Shown in pieces: positions 1 through 15,400 of a DNA stretch of 64,000 nucleotides. The stretch's first letter is position 1; every line of letters starts with the position of its first letter. A program made the translations under genes and the position numbers. The stretch comes from Balanoglossus misakiensis (lineage: Eukaryota > Animalia > Hemichordata), in assembly GCA_040954595.2 (NCBI GenBank), contig CM082583.2, forward strand, positions 12,004,636 to 12,068,635, written 5' to 3'. The notes beneath the pieces are model-generated. The model did no database searches. It was not told the origin of the DNA and saw nothing but the letters and a program-made list of their open reading frames with translations.

Positions 1-321
1 TCGATGACTGAGGCGCGTATTACTTTAGACAGTAATTAGCTCTACTGTCCAAGATATAATAGCACTAACACAACAACACAGGCATCCTATTAACATGTTC
101 ACGTACAGTCACGAAGGTCGTATATAGCGTCCCCGTGCGACGTATCGCTGAATAAGCCAGTTTCCAGTTCCAGATACCCATGACGCTTTATCTCTTGTAG
201 AAAAATGTCATCTCAGAGAATTCAAGTATTACCTTCTGACCCCGTGACCTCGCGCAAAGCGTCATGGGTATCTGGAACTGGAAACTCGCTACGCACGTGT
301 TGTCTGGCACCGAGCCAGTGG

Positions 322-454
322 TTAGTTTTTGAACATGTCGCACAAAAGTCGTTCCATCGGCGTGTTGCCAATTGTGTGGTGGAAAAACACGTTTTCTATC
401 CTGTCCGCCGAGATGAAGCGTAGCGATGGCAACATCAGAAGTAAACGACCAAAC
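322..454 (-). CDS. NR2E3: NR2E3 exon 8 (LBD H10-H12/AF-2 and stop)
   Basis: tttcag|G TTT GGT CGT...: [47 protein letters not shown] at 324-322. Not captured in the right frame by the ORF track. Confidence 0.95.
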
Positions 455-3400
455 CTGAAAAAATAAAGAACGGGTAAGTTGCTGTGAACACACGTGTCTC
501 TTCAAATTTTCATCGAGCAAAGCAAACTTTGGGACCTACATCATGAAAAACTTTTTGTAGTGAGGAGATATCGGGAAAAGTTCAAAAGACCACTGAGGTC
601 TGGGACTAACCTTGTAGGAAGGGTGGGGTGGTGGTTTCTCGTGTGTTGGCCAAGCATCAGTTGCGCTTGATCTTGGAGATTCTCAACTTGCTGGGGGTCC
701 TTCAGACCGCGTGTATCTAGAACCAACGGGACACCTGTTATAACACATCGCAAGAGTACACGCTAACCAATCAGAGAACGGGATTGGTGTGTAGTGAAGC
801 TGGCGGGTAGTTATAATCGGACGCTAATGAGACAGTTTTGTTTAGACGTTGTTGTTGGTCTTAATATCGAGGAATCTTTCATTCACAGGGAAGAACCAGC
901 AAAATTTGCAACTCCTGTATATACATTCTAATCAGTAGCAGAGATGCATCCCAAAATTGTTTGCACACCAAGTCTACCCGGTACCCGTTCATTTCGTATA
1001 GAGGTGAGTTAACAGACAGATATCTTATATGAGGGTACAATACATAGTATAACATTAGTTTGATAAAATAGAAAAAATTACGAAAATTAGAAATGCGAGG
1101 CTATTGGGACTCTCTGAGCCCACTGCGACTTGTACACTGCTTACCTGGTTTGAAAAGCACTATGGCCTTCATGCACGCAAACTCGGCAGGGTCGACGTTC
1201 ATGGATTTGAATCGAGTTGTGATTTCTTGTAAGATGCGCAAATCGGACAGCGTGGCAGCAGCCTTGCCGCCGTTGAGCGGCGTGTTTGTGTTCTGCTCGG
1301 TTGCCACCAGCAACGGAGAGGTTTCCAAGGGCATGGACCACTGGATGGCGCTGAGGATGAAGAGCTCGCTCCAGGCTTCCTCCAGTAAGATTACCTGGCG
1401 ACGGAATTTTCAACAAAAAATCAACCTACATTGTATAATCAAACCTTGAACGTTTAAATTTGTACGTCATTCGTTACATAAACCCCCCCACCCCCTCCCT
1501 TCAAGCTGTGACTGCCGGAAAGGAAGTAGCGCCATCCAGCGGCAGGTAACTAACCTGGTCCCTGAACGGCAGAGCGGAGAACGAGGGTAGATTTTTCGCC
1601 CACTTGACCGCCATGAAGAGCAACCTGGCCGAGGTTTCGTAAACGCTCTCCGGTCCGGCATTGGAATACATGTGCACGTCTCTGGCGTTCATGGCACCAT
1701 GGGGTATGTGGCCGCGTTCCGGTTCAGTTTCGTGGTCAATACTTGTCACGTCAATATTTTCGTCGACTGAAAAAGAAAAGAAAAAAGTTCACCCGCATAA
1801 ATGTAAGAACAAATAGTTTTCCCAGTTGTGTTTTCCTCATCACCGAAGTTCTTATACAACATCTTTGACACATCAGTCATCGAAAATTGCTGTTAAATGC
1901 AGGTATTGTGTTGTGCCAAAGTAATATAGTTGCTATTAGAAGTTATCCAGTGAGGCGAAACAGCAATGAGTCTGTGGCGAGACATGCATGAAAAACCCCA
2001 TTGACTGCAGTCGGAATTGCCTTACAAGTAATCGCCGGCCTCCCCTCCGTATAGTTCACCAGGACTGGTCGCCTTGCAAATTACGACCAGCGTTCTTGTC
2101 AGCCAGGCCACTTACTGACATTTGACGTGTATTTGGAGACAAATTTGTCGTAAAATAGTCGAACTGATTGTCGTTAAGATATCATGGGTGACTGGCGATG
2201 AAGATAATTCCCCGAAATTAGCAGGAATTGAAGAGGAAAAAAGAACAGGTCTATATTGACGTTTACCAAACACAAATCGACACGTCAAGATTAAAATTGA
2301 ATCCGAGGCGAGAATTAGCACACTCCTCACTTTTAACGGTCGATACTGCTTTCTGTGAAACGATATTTCGTTCGATCAATTGGCGGCCTACGGTGAGACA
2401 TCCGTAAGTTGGAAATCAACCGGGTCATTTTTTTTATCACACCGACAAAAATCCATCAAAATATTCTACAGTCATACTCCGATCACGTCGCGTATGTTGT
2501 AGATAAGGCCTACCTGAAAATTTATGCAAATTACACATTTCTTCCATTACAAAACGTGATGGTAATATGACGAGGACCACCTACCTTCTTGAGGTTCAAG
2601 TTTGGCAAATGTCTCGGCCGTCATCAAACTGGCCATAAAACGATGGTTGGTGGACGGACTGGTAGCCCTCTGTGTCAGCACGGTGGAGGAGCTCGGTTCG
2701 CGGTGGTTGGGACTGGGCGTCAGGTTCGGGATCTCGCCGGTCGCCGACACGACAGGGGCGCAGTCTATGCGAACCTGGGAGCTGTTTCTCGGCTGGCGTT
2801 CATTTTGCACGGCTGCCAAGAGAGAAACACGAACAGGTTACTCACACGCACTAACTTAAACCCAAATACCAGCGCCCCCCCCCTCCAACAATACCCAATC
2901 GATCATCGTCATTAATATGAAGTGTCTAAACGAAATGCACTAGGAAATAACATCAAACATGTAACACCAGTTTTACCGCTTTTCGGACGATAATTTTGAT
3001 AAGACGGTAAAAATGCCATGTTAACAGAAGGAAGAGCAACTAAAATTGCCTTTAAAAACCACAACGCCTGACTTTGATGAAATTCTGCTCAAATCGGCAA
3101 AAGAGAATAAGAACGATAGCAGCGGTTCTAACGGAACCGGAGGAAATGTACCGTCAGTAGAACAAAACCAGTAACATCAGCCGAGAGTGAACGACCAGTC
3201 GGGAAAAAAACTCTCGGATATAGAACAAGTACACCAAGGACTAAGCCACAAACGCATCGTAACGCTGTCAATCATTATTAATGCAGATGTGTTTCGCATT
3301 ATCCTACCAATGGACGCAGCCATAATAACTCTATATAATATCTGAGGCGAATTATTCATATCTCCCTGAATAGTTGAATAAAAAACATAATTGGTCCTAA

Positions 3401-6400
3401 CCCCCTTGTTTGTAGGAAGCCTGTCCATTAGAAGTATATGCGTTATAATTCCGCAAAATTCGTTGTTTAACCCGGCTGTCGGGTGACGAAAGCAAGGCTT
3501 TAGTCAAAGTATTTATCGTAAATGATATGTTTGCCTGGGGCAATGGGCGCTATGGACACGAGTATGCCATGATCGACGCGGAACAGCACTTTTTCATCAT
3601 AAGCACTGCTTGCAGTGCAGGTATTTCGTTTTGCGGTGATTGATCGACTGTTTCAACAGTTCTTGTTACGTCACCACGACTAAGCTTATAATGTCTTCTC
3701 TAGGAACTGTGCGAGGGGTCTTTACGGAGTATTCGCGCATTGTAAAATCGTGTCACTGTACTGAGGAAAACTAAAATTTTGGGCACAAAATATGCCTCGT
3801 CTGACAGGTCATATATACCAGTTGAGCGTTTCTTTCACAAAGTGAAAATGAACATACTCAGGCGTATTGCCGACTGAAGGAGTTATTAATTTGGCGGCGG
3901 GGGTAATACGCTTACTGTCGTGACAAGTCAACACAATTAACACTGCCCTAGTCAATTATTTTGCATGTTCAGCAAGTGCCAGGTGAACCTGGTCGACGTG
4001 TGGTGGCACTTTGGCAATATGTTAATACTTATTTGGCCGGTCAAGATTGCTACTGGAGTCGATGAAAATGGTTTTCGAGTGTATCATTTTAATAATAAAC
4101 CATTTTAAATTTATAGAAAGAACACATGACGGCCAAAAACACTTTTCAAATTCATTCCCACGACCAGGTACGAGTTTTAAAAATATTTTCACGCACATAA
4201 AAATTGGCGTTTCGCCAGGTCCACAAATTATGGTTAATACATCTTTAATTCCGCGGGTTTTACCTTGACAGGTAAGCAATGCGGAGATAGGCAATTCACA
4301 TCCCTGGCAATTCATACGGCCTGGCAATTTGAGCGCATGTTTTCAAAGTCCAACTAGGCGATGAGGTGATAGCAAAGCTGACTCCAAGACTTGTCCCCTA
4401 ATCAACGTAATTAATGGGACTACTTTGACAATTCATACGGGAGATGAAAGAAGATTAGATGTAAGACCTTTTTTCTATTGGTAATTTCATGACACTGTGA
4501 TACATTTGACCCCGGCTGACCCCGGTTTATTGTCTGCCCCTTGAAATCCTATTAAGCTCGTTGGAGATTTGCTAGCATTCCAATATTTCAGAATATTGAG
4601 TTGGGAATCTCAATGATGCCTTATTAAATTTACTTAGATTTCCCACTTTATCGGTGGTTCGTTCTGAAGCGTAAATATCTTGACGCTATTGATGATCACC
4701 TTCCTGTTCGGCTGTTTAACATCAAGATGTATTGGTGCAGCGGTTGACGAGACCCGGCAATGACTCCGGCGCCGTAATAACCCCCGCAGTTGCTACGTCA
4801 CTCAAACTTACTTTGATAGCCGGTTATTCGTGAACGCTGCCGCCACCCCTGTCCGGCGCTCGCAACGGTTACCGGGGAGATACGTCCTGCAGGCGTATTT
4901 GGTTGTATTTCATGTCTTCTCTGCAGCTGTAGCGCTGTTTTCACAATATATACACACAAACCAAATTACAGGCACGGTAGCTGCAACATTTGACATTTTT
5001 GTTTCATTTTTATTCGGCGTATCAACTAAAATTTCTCGTGCTCCTCGAACTCGAAGTTGTTCGACTTCTTTCCCGTGAGTAACGCGTATATTGTTTTTAA
5101 CCGTGACAAATGAATTTAAATCCTGACTTATATTTTCAAGAGTCAACACAAACGATGTTGGTTGAATACGAATACGCCGTTTTAGCAATCCGAACACAGA
5201 ATAACAAGAAACAATGTTGATACACAGAACAAAAATATTGAAAATGTGTCAAAAGACATAATTGATACACACAACAAATACTAATGCCGAAAAATGTAAA
5301 AACTATATTCTTTTAAAAACAGAAAATCTTAGCTATCAACCGTGTACATGGGACATTAAAACTGACGTTTGAAGTTAAGTGAAAGAACTTTGAATATATT
5401 GAGGACAGAACAGATTAATTGATTATTTTTTTTACTAGGAATAGTATAACTGCTTCGCCGCAATCGATATGCTGCATCGATAACTTGTTTATAAATTGCA
5501 AGAGCAGAAATAATGGCAGCAAAACGACATTCTTCCGAATTTCTCGGGATGTTTGGAAAGGGACAAACAGTATTACAACCAGCAATGGTTGGGTTGGGAA
5601 TACAGAGTCATGTTCTATCATTGAGCCTTGTGAAATATCAAATTGACTAGATTGTAAGGAAGTCATTATTGTAATTTGTCGGGATTATCCCATAAATTTT
5701 TCATCTAGTAGATGGAATAGATATGGCTAGTGACATTGCGCGTGCTCATTTCGAGCGGAATGATGATAGTTATGTCAAAGATACAGCATTGGCGGCGTCT
5801 CTCGACCATAGTGCACGGTCGGCCTGTCTCCGCGCGTCTGTTGCCAGCTGTCGTTGCCAGTGGTTACTCACGGATGCAGGATGGCTGAGTGTCCATGCCC
5901 GCGCCTATTGCCATCTTGCGCGTGTATGTCATTTCTACCGTTTCTCAATATCTCTGCGCCTCCGTGTGTCTCATTTTGTTTTATGCCCCAATCCTCTAAA
6001 ACTTTCAGCCCTGCCATCGTTGGTGCGGGTTTCTTATCAACTCTGTGTTGCTTGGATCTTGTGAAATGTGTATGGTTTGCGTCGCCTTCAATGATCTCTG
6101 TCCGGCTAATCACATTCAATCGTTTAATTTCCTTATGTTCCATTTTGATTTAGCAAATGACGTGATTTAAAGAATTTGGTCAGAGTGATGATGTGGCAGC
6201 GGTACAGATTGATTGACTTACAAATGGTCCGCATCGACCGCCTGCTCTTTAACAAGATCTTAGCATACACACAGATACACATACACGTTCAGCTCGGTGA
6301 AACTGAGCCATCTGGTTCTCCCTGTAGCGATCGATTCACTACAGATCTGTCGATATTCACGCAAAGTTTCGGCAAACATGTTACTCGAGTGATATTCCGT

Positions 6401-9400
6401 GATGGCGTGACACCCGCGCGCACCTTCCTTTGAAATGAACAAGGCGCACTGTCGATTTATGATAAAAATGTGTCAGCGGCCCGGGAGTTCGATATTTTTC
6501 ACCTCGACTTGATGCCTGTTTATCGAACCGTCATTTCTCTTTTCTCGCGAATACTGTGACGTCATTCACCGCATGAAAGATTTGCGGCGAATGTCGGCGG
6601 CCAGTGTCAGTGTACCGCCATTTATAGGTGGGGGAAAGGTAAAGCAGAAATAATGACGGGTTGAAATTGAAAATTAACTGGTACATTGGTTTTTTGTGAA
6701 CACGCAATTCTATCCGATGCCTGACTTTTACCAACTACATTTATTGTACCTTGAAATACTTTGACTGCGGTATTCAGTCATATGTGAAAGTTTCTGACTC
6801 TGTCGAGATGCTTAGAAAATCCAACACATATAGAGCGCGCAGTGTGATGGAAGGGTAGCTGTAATGGTAGCTTTTCCTGCTCAGTTTAAAGCCTCACAAA
6901 TTCGAGTTCTGTATGACGTCATCGAGGTGAGAGTGATGGCCAAACCTCCCCTCTCGAGACTGTCATGTACACCTTCGTTTTTGAGTCAATGGAAAGGCTT
7001 CTCGAGCAAGACATTCGCTGCCTCCAAATTAAAGCGCTCCGTCGTGAATTCCAGGCCGACTTACAATTGCAGAAATCTGAAAATATTACAGCGGACTTTC
7101 TCCAGTTGACCGATATTAAAATCCCGAACCCAAGAAAAAAAATGCTGACAGACGCATCACAGCGGCGCAAGGATATAACGAGCGAAACTCCGCGCATCCG
7201 AGCGTTTCCAGGTAACAGATGTACACTGCAAACGCATTACACTTCTAAGTTGTTTAATTTTTAGGCGACAATCAACTTCGGAAACAATCTAATCCCCGAA
7301 ATGATCAATCACAACGGGGCTTTCTCCCGTTTTCGTGGCAGAGAAGCGCCATTTGAAGCAATTTCCCGAAATTCCACCGCAGTTGCTATTTTTGGGGCGC
7401 TCCAGCGTCGTTATGTCAGTGGCAGGGATAGGATCTTTTTTTACGCATTCTTGTCATGTCGTTGGTAAATACCAGTTAAGACACCATTAACGGTGGATGT
7501 GCGAGGCATTCGTCTACCCAGCTTGAGAACAATTAGTCCGACACTAGGCCTAATCTAATACCGGCAAATTTGATAAAATCACTACTTCAGATTTTGAAAA
7601 TGAGCGGGTTCTGCCAGCATCCGCGGCATTAATGATTTCAAGCGCCGTCTTGCACCTATCGCACCGTCTAACTTCCAAATGACTCTGGCTACATCCCCTG
7701 GTGGGCAGCCGCGTGCGTATCTCCGTCTGAAGTCGACGATTCCCCGCTTTGTAATAACACTGCTAAATTGACAAGGTCCTCTTTGTTGAATGTTAAATTG
7801 ACCGGACCGGTCTTTGTTGCTCGTACTGCCCGCTGGTGAAGGCACTGTAAATGTACGATCACCTTTGCTGGAGTAATGCGCCAAACACAGTGTAAATCCT
7901 AACGCTGTAATGGTCCCCCCCCCCTCCCACACGGATCGACTCAGAGTATCGTCAGAGTTTCAACACGTTTCTCAACTCTCAGAAATTGAGCGGCGGAACT
8001 TTCCACGAAGTCATGCCAACACGCGCACATTTCAAACTTTCCGGTGTCTATGCAATGAATAACTGAATATTTCTTTAAGTACAATTGGAGCTAAACAATG
8101 CGTTTATACAAACATGTACATTGAGGTTTGGTACCAAGCGTGAATTATCATCATTTCCATCTTTTATTCCATTTTTAAACAAAGAAGTCCATTTAATATC
8201 AGACAGCACGGAATAGATGATGCAGCTAACAGCATGAAGGAGGGAGGCGATCATTTTAACTGATACATTCATGTGTCAGTGGAAAATACTCGAATGTTGA
8301 GGGGGTAAATCAAGATACATTCAGAATTAATAGCACGCTGCTATAAAAATGATTGCTTGTCTGAGTGGAAGTATTAAACGATGAAGGGACGTGTTGGCTG
8401 CTTGGTGATTTTCCAATTCGCGCAAATGTGGAATCCTGGCTCCCGACATCGCCACCTTCAAAAGCCCCTTTGCAATATGATGAACAGGTTGTTATTTTTG
8501 CATTTATCCGAATAAAAACAAGATTGATGGAAGCGGAAACGGCACTAAGGAATTGAAATGTGGCGGTTTGAAAGAGCGCAACACGCCGCAGAACATTGTT
8601 ACTTAGCGTGATGGCACGTGCCTACTCTACTTTATTTGCATAGACTGCATTCTTGATGGGCATTATACAATTGAATTAATTAACAGAATAACTACTGAAT
8701 GGTTTGACGTCTGCGAGAGTGAAAGCGAAAGGAAATGTAAAATGGTGAAAGATTGAAAGAGCAGGACCAGTACCCCTGCAGGCAATGCGAGGAAAAAAAC
8801 CAACAATGGAGACACCGCTGAAAAGTGGACAAATTACGGTATTGTGAAATAAAATAAGTTGGAGCACGAATAGTTTAGTGCTCTACCACTGAGCCGATGA
8901 TTATCTCATAATAGGGAAATGTTAGGCTAGATTTTTTGTTGATGGCTTTGCCTCACAAGGCCAGCGCCTTTATAAATTAACCCGGTCCCCGGAAGATATG
9001 TTGAAATTCAAACAAGAATGATATTTCACATCTTGAATACCGGGTCTTCTTTCATTTGGTGATTTTGAAATTTAGTCGAGTATGCTTTCAAAGATACCAG
9101 CATTGTTTGACCAGAAACACTGCCGAACCAATCATGTAAAAGGGTCACGTTTAATGAATGCATTTATGGTGAAAACAACACTAGGGGATAAGGAGGAAGG
9201 GAGGGATTGAGGGAGAGAGGGAGGGGAGAGGGAGGAAAGGAGGGAAGGTGGGAGGGACCCGAGGGAGGGATGCGATAGGACTAGAATATATTCAACGTGA
9301 ATTTTTATGCTTTCGTTGAGTTTAACTCGAGGTCGTGTTTTGGGGATGGGCTTACTTCTACAAATGGTTGCAGAAGATGGGTTTATTCCGGGAGATTATT

Positions 9401-12400
9401 GCGACTTTGCTGACAGATAAAATAGTGTTACTTTCCGTTGGTTTGAAAACCCAAGCCAGCGGAAGGAGACATCATGGCCAGCGCTGAAAGACGAGCAATT
9501 TACTGATTTCCGAGGCATCAGTGAGTGAATTCCTGGTTGGCTACTCTCTTTATCCATCAAAGTATTAGTAGGGGGAATGAATTGAAAAAAAAGAAACGAC
9601 ACCGGGATGGTGAGGCTGTGGTTCTCAAAGTAGGTATTAGTTTGTGTACAATTATCTCACTATGCAACTTAATCATCTAGAAAAAAAATTCAAGTTGACT
9701 CATTAAAGACTGCAGAGAACTGGCAAACGAGTGACTTTGCTCGCAACACTTTTGCACATTCAGCCCCAATTTTCGCGGGGACTCCCTAACCTTCACTCGC
9801 AAAAATCATTCTCGTCACAACGCCTGGGTCCCCTCCTTGCTCTGCCGCGGCTGTGGCGCTCACTCGCTGGCGTGCGTCTCCAGGAGACGCGCAGTACCTC
9901 CCCCGCGCCGATCATTGCAGGAAAATCCACCGGTGGATTTCCCAGCGAGCTAGGCGGCCCGTACTTTCACGATTCACTGCGTGAGCCCAAGTAAATTTGT
10001 ACACTCCTATTGACCTATTACACTCCCTGATTCCTCCCGCAGTGTTATTTCATCCAATTCAAGCCGCCTTTCACACTAAATTACTTATTTTTCCTGGCGT
10101 GTTGATATCTAGTGTAGTATTTTCCGCTGGCATTCTCCCTCACCATTTGACCTTAGCCAGGTATAACTACCAGTCTTGCGCTACAATTACCAGATCACAG
10201 TGTTCAAAGTAGCGAAGTGCGTTTCAGTCTCTCTTATGGCAAGCGGCACAGGAGAGAACGAAAGGTCGGGCGTGCACTGAGCGCCCACAAAGAAGAGATA
10301 TTTCTCCATTCGCCTCCAATCTCCAATTAACGCAGAATTTACATATGGCTCTACAGTTATTAAAACATTAAATACATCCCACCACGATTCGAGGCCAGGC
10401 GCCTTAAGTGCTTTAAAAATGATTACCCCTTCAGCAGCAACAGCAAATTTCAACAGGAGTATTTCTGACGATTTGGAGAAGTTTGATCGAAGTTTCTACA
10501 TATACACCCTATAGATACACGAGTCTCTAGACTGACTCGCTTTACTTAACTTTTAAAGTGTGTGGTATACCCGAGCAGAATGACAATTCTGTGGACGGTA
10601 CTTATACGTATAAACGTACACCTCTGACAGTACTAGTTACAGCTGGGGTGAGGGTTTGAGATGGGGAGGATCCCTCTATATTTTTAAGGACGGAGAATCT
10701 TTCTTTTACGACAGATGTCATAATTGATTATGATTTTGATTATTACCCCTTTCTTAAAAGACCAATCACGTGCTCCCGAGTATCTTCCATTGCCACCAAA
10801 CTCTTGTCTCGATGGGTGCTGTCGCGTCGGCGCACACCAGCCGTAACTTCAAAGGTTTCAATTTTTGAATTTCATGAAGAGATCGAAACCATTTCATTTA
10901 CAGGACGCGTTTTTTTCTGTCGTCATTACTTTGCAAATTGATTTCGTCCAGCCTATCGCCGCGACGAAAATGTCCCAATATTATTTTTCTCTTGCTCCTT
11001 TCTCCGATCATCGCTCATTTCCCGGCGACCTTCCACCCCATTCGCAGGCAAGGCAACAATTTCCCTGAGTTTTCGGGCTTTCCAATATATCTCGATGAGG
11101 CAGTAAACGATATTGCAGTAATAACGCGCCAGCCAAATTTACATAGAACCAATTCCAAATTACCGCACTTAACCGATCTACACTTCTCATATTGTTGATT
11201 GCAATTTGCCTAACATCTAAATGCAACACGTATCGGTAAGCTTATAACGTCTGAATGTGGTTTCCGATAACACGGACTGATTACGTCTTCAAAGGGAAGA
11301 GAAAATACTAAAAATTATTGCAATATTCTCCGCTCTTTGATATAATTGATCTGTAAGGTTTAGAGAAAACATATGTAATATCTTCAACGCGCATACTGGC
11401 ATTTACACTTTCTCATTTACCGTTTGATTGCAGACAGTCTAGCAACTTGTTTTTCAGTTTCCTTTGTACAAAAAATAAATCAGGTGTTCGGTTTGTTCAT
11501 TGTCTTTTTCAGAAGAGACAGACAGGCAGGCAAACAGGCAGGCGGACGGGTCAACAGACGGCTAAGAGAGGCACTGGAAGGGAAGAGACAGAAGTGGCGA
11601 CAAAGGTAAAGAGACATACACATAGAACAAGAGACAAACAGACAGACACGAATCTGGGGGCGAGAAAGAGACAAAGTGGGCTCCTTTATTGAGTGACAGA
11701 ACGACGGAATGTAGAGTGATAAAGATCGAGCGATTGCGCATAGTGTGATAAAGACAGCCGTGAAAAACACGCATACACGCTGGAACCAGTCTGATGAAAT
11801 AGCAGTTCAACTTTGCACGATGATACGCCATTAGTAGACGAACTAATAGTGCGCCTAATAGCGTCTGACTATTTACGGCGCTTGTGCGCGGCGCACATCG
11901 TACTTGTCTGCAACAAATCAGTGAATATCTACGCCTAGGGTTTGTGAAAGCCAAAATGTCAAGTATTTTCAGTCAACTAGGCATGATTTGTTCATTTATT
12001 AAATTATCACCAGAAAGCCTGTCGCATTGTGCTATCTGCGATAGGCGTTAATAGCCTGGCCGGGACAGCCTCGTATGTGTATCATCAGCAGCCCGTCCAT
12101 ACATCCTCACTTTCCACGCGTCCAGCCCATTTACTTTCGTAATTCAAAATGATCCCGTCTCTTAGATGATATTAATGGTGTCATACATATCACAAGTAAG
12201 AGTTTCCTGTAGTAATTTACCGTTTTCACGGATAAAACGCATAAAGGGCGTGATGAGTGGTAGCGAAGTGCTCCGCGGCAGCCCCCAGGCGCACACTCGC
12301 TCTAATTTTGCCTTGTACACATATCATTGTTAAAAGTCTACTAAACCTGGCTGTTTTTATCATCGTCAGGGAAATAAAGACATGCACATGTTATTTGTAC

Positions 12401-15400
12401 CCGGGGCTACAATACATTTTGATAGTTTGTGATAGCAACGTTTACGGGGACTCGGATATCCGGGTCGTGTTACGGCAAATTACATCTGTCTCATCAGCGA
12501 GATTCGCCTATGCTTCACACATATTCCCGGGTTCCGAGCTAGATAATGGAACCACCATAAAAATCAGAACTTGCCAGAAACTTTGAAGGCCACTTTCATT
12601 TTGTTGTTCCTGCGCGATTCCCAGGCTCTAGTTTTTTTTTTTACTGCGGCGCGCATCGGCGATCAATTATTCAATGTTGGACTAGCTATGCCGAACGGTT
12701 ATTGGCTGGCGTGATTCTGTTCCGAGAAAAAGGTACGCGCACGCGTCAACGGATGAGACGCATACCTTTAGTTTCTGTCTGTATGTTCGGCGATGAAATT
12801 TACTTTGTTTCGAAAACTTTTGTTTAACAATAACTTTTATTTTGAGACAGTGATGAACCTAACAACAGAAAGTGGGCCCGAAATTACACCAGTTGTGTCA
12901 CGTGACACCATCCTTATACAGCTGACAGCAAAGTTGCATACCAAAATTCGATATTAGTTTTACACGAACACATTAATTTCACCAATTAATTTCAATAAAC
13001 ATAAATTTATCAAATATAGAAAAGGCAAACACAATGCTCTGTAAGGGGAAAATACAACCTCCCAGGTGTAATTATCACAAAAACTCTCAACCGATGACAC
13101 AAAGGTCATACATTGTAAATATTACTACTTTGCTAATGATGATGGGTTTATATGCCCGTTTATAGATCGTCCTTTTTTTCTTTAGAATATTACGATCGAA
13201 TGAAGCACACTTTAAAGACACAAATGACATTAATGTGTTTATGGACTTATAAAACAGGCCCCGGAGTGGGGATACAGTGTTTAACGGTTATCTTAATTAT
13301 CACAAAAGCCGACAGAACTGCGATTCTTTGAATTCGTCGAGTGAAGATACTCAGGTCTTAATATGTTGTAAAGTTATGCCTGCTGCGATTTATTCAAAGT
13401 CGCGTAATTTTCTTCAACGAATTCACCTAAATTGGGCGGTTGGCAGCTTCGTTCGCGCCTGCAAATACCTGCATTTCGCTTTTAAAATTTGAATTCGATT
13501 TGTAATGGGCGGGGGATACACTGTGTATACGTCGCACAATGTTGAGAAGATGTAAAAAAGATTTTCGATCATCTAAACTATATTAACACTGCACGCGAAA
13601 GACCACTGTAATTAGCATTGAGAGAGAAAACGCTAACGCAATGCAAATGGAAACATAGATTTGAAAAGAAAGAAACAAGTCCTTACCATCTTTGTTCATT
13701 CCTGCCTGCAGACATTTCTTCAGTCGACAAGCTTGGCATTGGTTACGATGCGCCTTGTCTACGGTACACAAACCGGTACCAGCCTGACACCTGGAAATCG
13801 CGTTCCATGAAACAGCAAAAACAAAAAAAAACAAAAAACCGACATGACTAATTTGGAGGGGAATATGCTTTTCATCGGCAATTATCAAACATTTGAAAAA
13901 AGACAGCTACAGATCGACAACAGAGTTAAAATTGCCTTTTAATTGACCTTTATGAAAATTAACCCATTTTCAATAACGTGAAGTCTAATTCCTAGTCTCC
14001 GCACGCGTGCGATGAACGCTTTTGAAAAAAATGAAACTCCCTGGAAGTCAAACACACCCCAAAAATATTGAAGGAATACCGGTCTCGTCGATGTTTTAGC
14101 TGAGCGAGTCTGACGTATGTTTAAACCGATCGGGGGAGTGTCACCGATATTCACGAGTCTTATTTTTTTCGTGCTTCAATAACTTTAGAAGGAAAGGCGA
14201 GTATCCATATTACTGTTGATCACTCGAGTTACTTTGCCCGTCCATTATCGTTACACCGTGTTATGATATTGCATTTCCGTCTTAGGGAATACCGGATAAA
14301 ATATTCAGGCGATTGCTTTACATCTCTCCGTGCGCGCACCGTGCATTATCGTCAGGGAACAAAAAATGGACATCAAACGAAAGCCATGGGCAATATTCCA
14401 GTTAACTATATATGTTATGTAAATGCCATAACAATACGCTAGGGACTTGGTCATTGTGTATTAATACGTTGAACTGTCGACGTCTCCCAGTGGAATTCAT
14501 CAATACTATACTATTTGCCATTACATGTATATTTTTTATTGAAATCTGACATGGGATGACAGAAGTTCTATCTGGGGTCAGGGTTCATGTAGCTATCCAC
14601 AATCACCGTATGTAATACACAATTTTTCTATTGTGTGCTCGAGCGAAGTCACCTTTCATATACCATCAAATTTCTACCGATGGATTGCGGAATACTACTT
14701 TCGCCAATTACGGTGGGGGATGTTTTTTACTCCGCCAATGCAGTCATATTCTAATGTTGGCGGGGTCGTGATGTCATGTTCGTGCACTTTTTCAATGATG
14801 ATTACCTGTAGATGAGCTTTCGACGAACGCTGCGCTTGAAGAAACCGCTGCAGCCGTTGCAGGCGTATATCCCATAATGTTTGCCGCTGCTGACGTCACC
14901 GCACACCACGCAGCTCAGCCCCGGGGTGGCCCGCTTCGCCGGTGTGTTGTTGTTCAGCACGGTGGCGCTGAACACCGATGGGTTAGTGGTCACGGTGGGC
15001 GTGTGTGGGGGTGATGAGACGTTTGGCCCGCTGTGTGCTTGAGTCTCTGCTAAACGCAACAAAACAATGACAACAATAGTAAATGCGTTATCACTCGTCA
15101 AGACTTTTGTAGATCAGGACCCACTAGAATAGTCTAACTGAGGGTAAACTAACACCTTGAGGCTTGATTTTGCCAAGAAAGTTCAGAAACTGGGGTCTTA
15201 GCATTGAACTTCCAAATAAGCTTCAAAGACGAGTCGTATACTTTGTAGGGAAGAGTCAGGATTCTGATTCAGGTCTCTGACGTCACGAGTCCTTGACAAC
15301 GATAAGACGCACATCTGTGATGTCACCAAGGTAATGGTAAAATAATACTGCATATATTAACAAATGGGAATGGATTTATTGTAATGCGAAAGACATTGTC

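Noticed and set aside
1093-2915. Plus-strand ORFs (1093..1449, 2589..2915, 2602..2859)
   Set aside because: Antisense shadows of NR2E3 exons with no independent protein features.
6864-7264. Possible nested plus-strand exon in NR2E3 intron 3 (99-aa ORF, donor-like CAG|gtaaca)
   Set aside because: No recognisable domain and no consistent acceptor-donor frame or partner exons.
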